Source of the DNA: Thermoproteota archaeon
GTDB lineage: Archaea; Thermoproteota; Bathyarchaeia; Bathyarchaeales; Bathyarchaeaceae
NCBI GenBank assembly: GCA_042565955.1
Contig: JBHORG010000001.1
Span: 22,230 to 86,229 of the forward strand
Direction: 5' to 3'
Length of the DNA: 64,000 nucleotides
In this document: in pieces, positions 47,323 to 54,982 of the stretch
Numbering within the stretch: position 1 is the stretch's first letter
Layout of the letters: every line of letters starts with the position of its first letter
Made by a program: the position numbers and the translations under genes
Notes under the pieces: model-generated
The model's input: the letters and a program-made list of their open reading frames with translations, nothing else
Databases searched by the model: none
What the model was told of the DNA's origin: nothing

Positions 47323-47622
47323 TTGGTTTACTTCGTGACTGATGAACAGAGATTATGCCAAGTTTCCTCGATATTCAGTGCATTGGGTAGCCCTACAAGA
47401 TTGAAGATAGTTGAGCTTGTAAGCGAAACCGAGAGGCCCTTACACATAAAGGCTGTAGCTCTGGTGCTAAAGAAGGACTACGCTGCGATTTATCGGCACG
47501 TCAGAGTCCTAGAGGAGAGCGGGCTTGTTGGAGTTTACGAGGTTGGACGTTCGCGAGTGTTATACTTGAAAAACATGGAACTTGTCAAAGAGTTTATTCG
47601 AATTGCCGAAAAGATGCTCTGA
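47323..47622 (+). CDS. ArsR-family winged-helix transcription regulator
   Basis: SIFSALGSPTRLKIVELV...HIKAV...YAAIYRHVRVLEESGLV is a wHTH pattern. 99 aa, TTG start. Confidence 0.7.
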   Translation: MVYFVTDEQRLCQVSSIFSALGSPTRLKIVELVSETERPLHIKAVALVLKKDYAAIYRHVRVLEESGLVGVYEVGRSRVLYLKNMELVKEFIRIAEKML

Positions 47623-47651
47623 CCACGCTAACATTAGTTAGCAAAAAAGAC

Positions 47652-48296
47652 ATGTTGTTTTGCAAAAAATATAAATATTATTTAGCGTACACCCTCTTTT
47701 GCTCTACAGGGGAAACCCAATTGCAAAGACTAGACACCAAAAAACTTGCATTAGCCAGCATGTTGGGAGCTCTGGCTGCAGCATCAGAGGCGATTAAAGG
47801 TCCACCATTCGACATCCCCTTCCCACTTCTGCCAGGCGTTGTTTCTTGGGACCTAACTGGAGTGCCCATGACGATGAGCTTACTTGTTGCTGGTCCCCTT
47901 GCCGCAGTATACACGTGTGTTATCGGCTGTTCAATTATTTTTCTTCGTGGAAACGTTGGTGGTGGCTTACTAAAACTCATTGCTGAATTAGCAACTATTT
48001 TGGCGTTTGCTGCAATCTGCAGAGGCTTCATACCAAAAACAATTGCAGCGGTTACATCCAGAGTTCTAGTGATGACAGCCGCAAATTATTATCTGCTTCC
48101 AATATTCTGGTCCAAATACTACCCATCTGAGGCAACCGTAATTGTGATCCTGCTTCCATTAGCAGCGTTTAATATCTCCCAAGCGTTACTCAACATAATT
48201 CCTGCACAACTCATCTACTCTAGATTGGATGGTTGGTGGCGATTACGCGGCCAAGAAACAAAACCTCTTGATTACGGTTCACTTAACATGAAATGA
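47652..48296 (+). CDS. Polytopic membrane protein, possibly ECF-transporter S-component-like
   Basis: Five or six hydrophobic helices with ALASMLGALAAASEAI near the N-terminus. Family assignment is tentative and the start is uncertain. Confidence 0.35.
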   Translation: MLFCKKYKYYLAYTLFCSTGETQLQRLDTKKLALASMLGALAAASEAIKGPPFDIPFPLLPGVVSWDLTGVPMTMSLLVAGPLAAVYTCVIGCSIIFLRGNVGGGLLKLIAELATILAFAAICRGFIPKTIAAVTSRVLVMTAANYYLLPIFWSKYYPSEATVIVILLPLAAFNISQALLNIIPAQLIYSRLDGWWRLRGQETKPLDYGSLNMK

Positions 48297-48390
48297 TGGT
48301 GGACCGGGCGGGATTTGAACCCGCGGCTTCCGCCTTTTTCTGCTTGGTGCTTGCGAAGGCGGCGTTCATACCAGACTGAACTACCGGCCC
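48297..48390 (-). tRNA. tRNA-Ala (anticodon CGC) with canonical-position intron and encoded CCA
   Basis: The reverse complement folds as GGGCCGG-TA-GTTC/GAAC D-arm, CCGCC/GGCGG anticodon stem, loop TTCGCA..A, GCGGG-TTCAAAT-CCCGC T-arm and CCGGTCC-A-CCA. A G3:U70 Ala identity pair is present. About 16 nt of extra sequence sits after position 37 (about 48336..48351). Confidence 0.9.
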
Positions 48391-48415
48391 ATCTCTTATC
48401 GTTTGAATCAAAGAC

Positions 48416-48425
48416 AATATTTAAC
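48416..48425 (-). promoter_or_regulatory. Putative TATA box for tRNA-Ala
   Basis: The minus strand reads GTTAAATATT, 26-35 nt upstream of the tRNA 5' end. Confidence 0.35.
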
Positions 48426-48736
48426 ATTATTGAAGCGAGTAGCTCTTAGACTAAGGAAAAAATCATTCCTTTTTGTTAGGGTTCTAGACTATCGATTTGG
48501 GCATGCAAAACTGATGTTTTCTTCTTTTCCATGTGCCTTTCTTTTGTTCACCTTGTTGACAGTGATTACTAAATACGCAGCTGTTGGAGGAGCTGTTTAG
48601 TTTCTATTTCTCGATTTTTTTGGTTTTCTTTCTTAAATAGCTTCCTTTGTTAATTAGTTGGTCGTTTTCTAGAGTTAAAAACAGTTTTATTTGATGCCTA
48701 GATTAGTTGTATACTCGAAAGTTGGAGCTGCATGGG

Positions 48737-49222
48737 ATGGACTGTGAACTACGACCTGACTGGGACCGATATTTTCTAGATCTGTGCGAAGCTGTTTCTA
48801 AGCGTGCCACATGTGACAGGGGACGAGCAGGTTGTGTAATCGTAAAAGATAGGAGAATAATGACAACAGGTTATGTTGGAGCACCTGCTGGATTACCACA
48901 TTGTGACGAAGCGGGACATCATATGAGAAAGGTTTTTGATGAACAGGACAACGTTTCGCAACATTGTGTACGCACTTTACATGCAGAACAGAATGCGATA
49001 ATTCAGGCTGCAAAATTTGGGATACCTCTTGATGGTTCTACCCTCTACTGCAAGATGACGCCTTGCAGAACATGTGCCATGATTATCGTAAATTCGGGAA
49101 TCAAGCGTGTAGTTTGTGAGAAGCATTATCACGCAGACAAGGATACAATAGAGCTGTTCAACATGGCAGACGTCGAATTGGTTGTCATGAGCAACAAAGT
49201 TGAAGAATACGACCATCAGTAA
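48737..49222 (+). CDS. Deoxycytidylate (dCMP) deaminase
   Basis: Zinc motifs HAEQNAI and PCRTCA. ATG at 48737 is preceded by GGAG. Confidence 0.85.
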   Translation: MDCELRPDWDRYFLDLCEAVSKRATCDRGRAGCVIVKDRRIMTTGYVGAPAGLPHCDEAGHHMRKVFDEQDNVSQHCVRTLHAEQNAIIQAAKFGIPLDGSTLYCKMTPCRTCAMIIVNSGIKRVVCEKHYHADKDTIELFNMADVELVVMSNKVEEYDHQ

Positions 49223-49594
49223 TCTTGTGTTGAATTTGAAAAAAGTTTTGTGTCTTAACTAATACTCGTTCCCTGTATCATGGGAAAAGTGATTCTGTTA
49301 GAACGGGCGAAAGAAATTGCGGTTTCTAGTTTTATGTTGTATTGTGAGTCTGGGTTTTTTTGCTGATTTTGGTTAATTATTAACGTTGGGACTCGTTTTC
49401 TTCTATCATATCGATTATTCTATTTATGAAATCAATCATTTCTGCACAGACGCTTTGCCCACAAGGATCATTAATTCAAACTCTTATTTGTAAACAAATT
49501 CAAATTTTCACAAAATTCTTCTTCACATACATATATAAAATTAATTTGGTACAATATTGTTCAGATTATCTGTAAAGTCAAGAAGTGGAATGGT

Positions 49595-49792
49595 ATGAGT
49601 GATCCCGTGAAATATTTTGAAACAAAACTGAAAGGTATGTGTTTAGCTGAACTTCAAGCTTATAGGAAAAGTTTGGACCAAAGTATAACGCAGAAGATTG
49701 CAGCAACTGCGCCAAATGAACAGATTGCACCTCTTATACTATATCGTGGTATTCTTGAACATGAAATGAAAACAAGAATGAACCAGAAATAA
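49595..49792 (+). CDS. Hypothetical small protein
   Basis: 65-aa ORF predicted to be helical; no family recognised. Confidence 0.25.
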   Translation: MSDPVKYFETKLKGMCLAELQAYRKSLDQSITQKIAATAPNEQIAPLILYRGILEHEMKTRMNQK

Positions 49793-49800
49793 GGTTAGTG

Positions 49801-50886
49801 TCAATAGACGACTTTTTCTAATTCGTTATTGTCTATTGCATTTTTTATTTCTCGGGCGATTCTTCTACCCATGTACATTCCTTCACCATACTTGAGATAC
49901 GCATATGGGGAAGTGCCAATACCAACGTTGCTTCCTGCAACTATTCGCGCAGAAATTTCAAACGTGTAGATTTTTAGATCATCCGTGATAACCATCTCCA
50001 GACAGAATGGTCCTATGATGCCCGGGGGGGCAATCTTTTTTGATACTTTTACTATGTTTTCACCCATTCTGAAAATCTCTGGCAGAAGAGACTCCCGTGC
50101 GACAATTGGAAAATTGCCGACAACCGTGTATGTAGGATTCACGTTGGTTTCCAGTTGTTCGTTCGCCGGTATCTTCCCTATGCTGTCTACGGTGGATTCG
50201 TAGCGTCTGTCCATTCCAAGAAGCTCAACCTCATTTGTGAGAGGCGAATAGAAGTAGAGTGGATAAACATTTACTCCGATGACGTATTCTTGTAAGTGAA
50301 TATTTTCTAGATTCTCTTTAGTTATATGTCCCCTTTTGAGCATATCTTTTGCTTTTTTATGAAATGACTTTGGAGAATCAGCAATAAAGTAGCCTTTTCC
50401 ACCCATTGCTCCAGGAAACTTTGCGATAACCAACCCAGATATTTCGTCTGGATTTTCGAAAGTTTTGGGTAATGTTAATCCCGCTTTTTTTAACCATTCT
50501 CTTTGAGTTTCCCTGTCTGTTTCCCAGTGAAGTAGTTCCCTGTTACCAAACAAGGGTATGCGCAATTTGTTAACTATGTTTTTTGTTCCAATGTATGCGT
50601 TGAAGGAGCCATGAGGTACCAGAATTGTGTTTTTTTGTTTTAGTTTCTGTTGCACTCTATCATCTAAAAGTTCGTCAAATTCTTCAACTATCATAATTTG
50701 GTCTGCTAGGGGAAACCGTTTATAAACGATTTCACTTTTTTTCTTGCATACACAAACAGTGTCAAAGCCTTCTTCTTTTGCCCCCTTGAATATATTAAGG
50801 GCAGAATGAGAACCAAGAGTACCTACTGTGATTTTGTTGTGGTCATATTTGTTTAGAACAATATCTATTTCTGTTTTAGATATCAT
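49801..50886 (-). CDS. purP: FAICAR synthetase PurP (formate- and ATP-dependent), paralogue 2
   Basis: VGTLGSHSALNIFKGAKEEGF N-terminus and an ATP-grasp body. ATGA overlap with the upstream paralogue. Confidence 0.85.
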   Translation of the reverse strand: MISKTEIDIVLNKYDHNKITVGTLGSHSALNIFKGAKEEGFDTVCVCKKKSEIVYKRFPLADQIMIVEEFDELLDDRVQQKLKQKNTILVPHGSFNAYIGTKNIVNKLRIPLFGNRELLHWETDRETQREWLKKAGLTLPKTFENPDEISGLVIAKFPGAMGGKGYFIADSPKSFHKKAKDMLKRGHITKENLENIHLQEYVIGVNVYPLYFYSPLTNEVELLGMDRRYESTVDSIGKIPANEQLETNVNPTYTVVGNFPIVARESLLPEIFRMGENIVKVSKKIAPPGIIGPFCLEMVITDDLKIYTFEISARIVAGSNVGIGTSPYAYLKYGEGMYMGRRIAREIKNAIDNNELEKVVY

Positions 50887-51980
50887 GTGACTATCAACTC
50901 AAGCTTCTTTTCTGCGACTGCTATCTTAATCTCCATTGCAACTCTTCTTCCAGGACCAATCGCCATACCATACTTATATTTCATGTATGGAGATGTCGGT
51001 TCCACGCATGGGCAACCAGGTATTCTTGGGCTTACATCAAAAATGTAGAACTCCAAATTCTTGTTCATTGCACCTTGCAGGGCAAATAAGCCGATTATGC
51101 CTGGAGGATATTCTTTTTTGCATGTTTCAACAAATTTTTCGCCTGCATCAAGAATTTTTTCTATCTGGGACTCTCGCATAGTTGCACCTGTGTGCCCGAT
51201 TTCTACGTTTTGAGTTGGCAGTTTTGCTTCTAATTGCTCATCAGCGGGTAAATCCAAGACCCCATCCAGATTTGTTTGTATTCTTCTGTCAAAACCTAGC
51301 AAGTCGAGTTCTTCTGTTATTGGAGACCAGAAATAGTTTGCGTTAAATTTGGCTCCAACAATGTATTCTTCGATGATTGATTCTTTTAGGTCTTTGCGGT
51401 CGATTATTCCCTTTTTTATTCGTTCTTCTGCTCTTTTTTTGAATTCCTGTGGAGACGAAGCGTAAAAGAAGGCACGTTCTATACTCCTTGTTTTTTCAGG
51501 AACCTTCACTATCGCCAGTCTATCGATTTCTTCTGGTGAGCCAAAAATTTTGGGGAGGTTTAATCCAGCTTGTATAATCAGATCATATTGGTTTCTGGGA
51601 ACGTTTCTTTCTTCGCTTCTGAGCATTAGTCTGTTTCCTAGTAGTGGAACCTTGAATTTTTGTTCGATGTTATCATAGCCTGTATATACTGAGAATGATC
51701 TGTTTGGAACAAAAATGGTGTTTAGCCTTCGTAGTTTTTCTTGGTTTTTTTCTTTTATTATGTCCGAAAATTTGTCTAATAAAATCACGTAATCAAACAG
51801 GTTCCTGTAGTGTTTGGTGTATGTTTTTTCTCTTCCCTTCTGACAAACCACAACTACTTCGAAGCCTTCCTGTTTGGCTCCATGACCCATCTCTAAGGCA
51901 GAGTGAGACCCAAGTACTCCAATTTTTACTTCTTTGGGGTTATACTCTGATAATATTTCATGAATTTGTTCACGTTTCAT
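50883..51980 (-). CDS. purP: FAICAR synthetase PurP (formate- and ATP-dependent), paralogue 1
   Basis: IGVLGSHSALEMGHGAKQEGF N-terminus. 365 aa. ATGA overlap with the hxlR-like gene upstream. Confidence 0.85.
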   Translation of the reverse strand: MKREQIHEILSEYNPKEVKIGVLGSHSALEMGHGAKQEGFEVVVVCQKGREKTYTKHYRNLFDYVILLDKFSDIIKEKNQEKLRRLNTIFVPNRSFSVYTGYDNIEQKFKVPLLGNRLMLRSEERNVPRNQYDLIIQAGLNLPKIFGSPEEIDRLAIVKVPEKTRSIERAFFYASSPQEFKKRAEERIKKGIIDRKDLKESIIEEYIVGAKFNANYFWSPITEELDLLGFDRRIQTNLDGVLDLPADEQLEAKLPTQNVEIGHTGATMRESQIEKILDAGEKFVETCKKEYPPGIIGLFALQGAMNKNLEFYIFDVSPRIPGCPCVEPTSPYMKYKYGMAIGPGRRVAMEIKIAVAEKKLELIVT

Positions 51981-52375
51981 TTCTGTTCACCTAAATTTGT
52001 TTTATTATGTGCACGAATTTGCGGAGGACAGTTGGCACACTGTTCTTTGTCGATGCTACTTCTATTTGCAGTCCATTTTAAGAGAGGTATAATAGATTTT
52101 CTGAGTTCTGTACCATCCTTTGTTAGAGAGTATTCAACTCGTGGTGGTATCTCTGCAAATGATTCTCTTGTGATTAGGCCTTCGGTTTGTAGGCCTTTTA
52201 GCGTGTCTGAAAGTGTTTTTGGGCTGATGCCGTTTAATGTTTCCATGAGTTTATTAAATCTTAGTCTTCCATGGTTGCCTAATGCGTTGATGATGAGGAG
52301 TGTCCATTTTTTGCTAATTATGTCGATGACACCTTTAAGTGGACAGATGCAAGTTTGGCCCTCTTCGATGTGCAT
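51977..52375 (-). CDS. HxlR-family winged-helix transcription regulator
   Basis: CPLKGVIDIISKKWTLLIINAL...FNKL...ISPKTLSDTLKGLQTEGLI is a classic HxlR signature. Confidence 0.85.
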   Translation of the reverse strand: MHIEEGQTCICPLKGVIDIISKKWTLLIINALGNHGRLRFNKLMETLNGISPKTLSDTLKGLQTEGLITRESFAEIPPRVEYSLTKDGTELRKSIIPLLKWTANRSSIDKEQCANCPPQIRAHNKTNLGEQK

Positions 52376-52412
52376 AATATCACTTTCTTTAAGAATAGTA
52401 ACTATGTCACTA

Positions 52413-52432
52413 TAAACTTGATAGTTTAAATA
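52413..52432. promoter_or_regulatory. Palindrome TAAACT-tgat-AGTTTA overlapping a TTTAAATA TATA box in the hxlR / micro-ORF divergent region
   Basis: TAAACTTGATAGTTTA (52413..52428) is a 6+4+6 inverted repeat. TTTAAATA (52425..52432) lies about 50 nt upstream of the ATG at 52483. It is a candidate operator for the adjacent HxlR-type regulator. Confidence 0.3.
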
Positions 52433-52482
52433 CTTTACTTTGGATATCGTTTATGGCGTGGAAGTGGAGGTGAACAAAAAAC

Positions 52483-52647
52483 ATGAACGGAGACTGTTGT
52501 TGTGGCTCAGATTGTCAGGACTATGGACACGGATCTAGAAAAGTATTAACTAAAACAGAAAGAATCGAGAAACTTAAAAATTACGCAGAAGAACTAAAGA
52601 AAGAACTTGTAGCCGTGGAAGAAAATATAAAAGAATTAAGCAAATAA
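52483..52647 (+). CDS. Unannotated 54-aa Cys-rich / coiled-coil micro-protein
   Basis: Below the ORF-track length cutoff. It translates as MNGDCCCGSDCQDYGHGSRKVLTKTERIEKLKNYAEELKKELVAVEENIKELSK. A strong GGAGGTGA sits 8 nt upstream and a hairpin plus T6 follows. The C-terminal half resembles the DUF5320-type coiled coil, from memory. Confidence 0.5.
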   Translation: MNGDCCCGSDCQDYGHGSRKVLTKTERIEKLKNYAEELKKELVAVEENIKELSK

Positions 52648-52648
52648 C

Positions 52649-52677
52649 ACCCCAAAAATGGGGTACCTACATTTTTT
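52649..52677 (+). terminator. Hairpin (ACCCC-aaaaat-GGGGT) plus T6 run
   Basis: It lies directly after the micro-ORF stop codon. The 5-bp GC-rich stem stands out in an AT-rich region. Confidence 0.4.
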
Positions 52678-52802
52678 ATCTTATTATCACACAATACAGG
52701 CAATATAGACTTGAATTCACAACCCTAGAACCCACGAAATAAGAAGATATCCTCTGGAATCCAAACAACCAATCATTCATTTGATGAAATGTAACGAAAC
52801 GC

Positions 52803-52810
52803 ATAAATTG
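52803..52810 (+). promoter_or_regulatory. Putative TATA box for tRNA-Tyr
   Basis: ATAAATTG lies 26-33 nt upstream of the tRNA 5' end. Confidence 0.35.
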
Positions 52811-52835
52811 TGATATTTACGTTGTAAAAGTCTGT

Positions 52836-52994
52836 CGGGCGGTAGCTCAGCTTGGTAGAGCTTCCGAGCCAGCCTAACATCGGTCTGGGCTGACGGAGAC
52901 GCTGTAGACGTCTACCAGTATGGTGGGCATCATTTAGCCTATCAAGCGTACAGACACCGGAACGTCGCAGGTTCAAATCCCGCCCGCCCGACCA
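52836..52994 (+). tRNA. tRNA-Tyr (anticodon GTA) interrupted by two non-canonical introns; CCA encoded
   Basis: Exon 1 is CGGGCGG-TA-GCTC-AGCTTGGTA-GAGC (52836..about 52861). Exon 2 is AGACG-CTGTAGA-CGTCT, a perfect anticodon arm (52897..52913). Exon 3 is ACGTC-GCAGG-TTCAAAT-CCCGC-CCGCCCG-A-CCA (about 52962..52994). The C1:G72 pair is the archaeal Tyr identity element. The spliced product is 77 nt. Confidence 0.85.
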
Positions 52995-53061
52995 TACTCC
53001 ATTTCTGGTGGGTCTGACAAGAAAGCCAAAACTGGTATTAACAAATCCGCATATTGGGGGC

Positions 53062-53106
53062 CTGAAAATATTTTATTGTTGAAAACAACCTTATTCTTAG
53101 AAAAAC
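53062..53106 (+). repeat. Dispersed conserved intergenic element, copy B
   Basis: ctgaaaatattttattgttgaaaacaaccttattcttagaaaaac lies 67 nt downstream of tRNA-Tyr and about 95 nt upstream of the acdB-like gene. Confidence 0.7.
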
Positions 53107-53200
53107 AATCATGACAATAAATTATTGTTTAAAACTAATATACAAACGAAAGAGTTAGAATGGGGAAAAATTACTTACCTCTCTGCATCCACGGAACAAG

Positions 53201-53908
53201 TTGTTGACAGTGTCGGAAAACGTTACTACAATCTTTGAGCAAGTCAGAGCTGAGAGAAGAAAATTCCTCCTTGAACACGAAGCCAAAACTGTTTGTAAAG
53301 AGTATGGAATATCCATCACAGCAATAAAAATTGCAAAAACCGTCGAGGAAGCAGTAAAGTTCTCAGAAGAAATGGGATGCACTACAGTTTTCAAGATCGT
53401 TTCTCCTGATGTAATCCACAAATTTGATGTAGGTGGAGTAATCCTTAACATCAATGGTCCAGAGGAAGCCAAAAAGGCTTACAACAAAATCCTAGAAAAC
53501 GTAAAGAAACACAATCCCAATGCAAGAATTGTTGGCATTCTAATTCAAGAGATGGCTGCCTGCGCAATAGAAGTCATAGTTGGAGCAATCAAAGACGCAC
53601 AGTTTGGACCAACTCTTATGTTTGGTTTTGGCGGAACTTTCGTGGAAGTAATGAAAGACGTGTCCTTTAGAATTGCTCCAATTACAGAAGAAGACGCTAA
53701 AGAGATGATATGCGAAGTGAAAGCGTATCCCATACTCCAAGGTTACCGTGGTCAACCCCCCGCTGACATCGATGCATTAGCAAGAATTTTGCTAAATACA
53801 TCAAAACTGATAATTGATCACCAAGAAATCAAAGAACTCGACCTAAATCCTGTAATGGTCTATAAAAAAGGAGCAAAAACGGTCGATGCAAGAATCATAT
53901 TAGAATAA
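53201..53908 (+). CDS. ADP-forming acetyl-CoA synthetase beta subunit-like (ATP-grasp) protein
   Basis: LLEHEAKTVCKEYGISI...FKIVSPDVIHKFDVGGVILNI...ELDLNPV is typical of the ACD beta / acetate-CoA ligase ATP-grasp domain. The start is uncertain (TTG or GTG at 53201-53210). Confidence 0.75.
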   Translation: MLTVSENVTTIFEQVRAERRKFLLEHEAKTVCKEYGISITAIKIAKTVEEAVKFSEEMGCTTVFKIVSPDVIHKFDVGGVILNINGPEEAKKAYNKILENVKKHNPNARIVGILIQEMAACAIEVIVGAIKDAQFGPTLMFGFGGTFVEVMKDVSFRIAPITEEDAKEMICEVKAYPILQGYRGQPPADIDALARILLNTSKLIIDHQEIKELDLNPVMVYKKGAKTVDARIILE

Positions 53909-54011
53909 ACCTCTTATTTTAGAATACACATTCTTTCCAGATTAAACAAATAACTCATCAAACTCAAAAGAACTTTGCCGAAGCTAAAACCCTCCAAAGG
54001 AATTGAATAAA

Positions 54012-54875
54012 ATGGCTGACTCCACAAAAAATAAAATTGAAGCATTAAACCAAGAACTAATTCCGATCAAAGAAGAAAGAAACAAGCTGAACTTAGAAGC
54101 AAAAAAGTGGGCTGATAAAAGAAACGCCCTTCACGAAAAAGCCAGAAACCTACGAAAAGACGCTTCCCCTATCAAAGAAAAAAGAGACGCCATAAACAGG
54201 CAAGTCCAAGAACTAAAAAACATCCGTAATCAAGTGAACTACAAAGGGAAAGAGAAACGCACCAAAATTTATGAACTACACGATAAAATCAGCGAGTTAA
54301 ATGAAAAGAGACCTAACGGAAACCTTCGACAGGTGGCTAGGCAAATTGAAGAAATCGATTGGGAAATTCAAACGAACTCTCTCCCAGTAAAGGAAGAGCA
54401 AGAACTAGTTAATCAAGTAAGAGAGCTTGAAACACAGCTTGTAGTTCAAAAACGGATAAAAAAAGTAAAAGACAAACTCTACGAACTGCGAACTGAACAG
54501 AGAGGATTTGGAACTGAAGCGCAAACAATTCACGGAAAATTGTCTGAATTGGCTGAACAGAGCCAAAAGCTCCATACACAAATGGTGGGAGTCTTAGATA
54601 AAGCCAGTGAACTCCAAATTGAGGCTGATATGGCGCACCAAAAATGTGTAGAAACCAGATATCAAGCCCAACAGAAACATGAAAAATGTGTCGAGTTATT
54701 AAAACAAATCAAAGCCGTCGAACAAGAATTGAAAGAAACTGCCGATAATAAACAGGCAATACGTAAAGATGAACTCAAAAAAGAGCTTGAGGAGAAGGCA
54801 TTAGCGAAGTTGAAAAGTGGCGAGAAGTTGTTGTGGGAAGAATTTCAGATTTTGGCTGAGAAAGGGCTGCTCTAA
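54012..54875 (+). CDS. Archaeal coiled-coil protein (COG1340-like)
   Basis: About 287 aa of almost uninterrupted heptad-rich K/E/L/Q sequence. It is a conserved neighbour of the DUF373 membrane protein, from memory. Confidence 0.55.
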   Translation: MADSTKNKIEALNQELIPIKEERNKLNLEAKKWADKRNALHEKARNLRKDASPIKEKRDAINRQVQELKNIRNQVNYKGKEKRTKIYELHDKISELNEKRPNGNLRQVARQIEEIDWEIQTNSLPVKEEQELVNQVRELETQLVVQKRIKKVKDKLYELRTEQRGFGTEAQTIHGKLSELAEQSQKLHTQMVGVLDKASELQIEADMAHQKCVETRYQAQQKHEKCVELLKQIKAVEQELKETADNKQAIRKDELKKELEEKALAKLKSGEKLLWEEFQILAEKGLL

Positions 54876-54982
54876 TTTCTAGGTATTGGTAAACGTAGTT
54901 TATTCGCGAATCGTTGTATAAAAAAAACGACAAGATTAAAGTGTGCCTCCAAATATAAAAGAATAGTATAAGGAGAGCAAAC

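Noticed and set aside
52773-52976. 67-aa minus-strand ORF in the supplied track
   Set aside because: It lies entirely antisense to the tRNA-Tyr locus and its introns. The GC-rich structured RNA sequence explains the open frame.
52967-52983. A-C mismatch in the T-stem of tRNA-Tyr (GCAGG/CCCGC) as evidence of a pseudogene
   Set aside because: The same stem position is a non-Watson-Crick U-G pair in the M. jannaschii tRNA-Tyr I recall. All identity elements and the CCA end are intact. This is not sufficient to call a pseudogene without genome-wide tRNA inventory.
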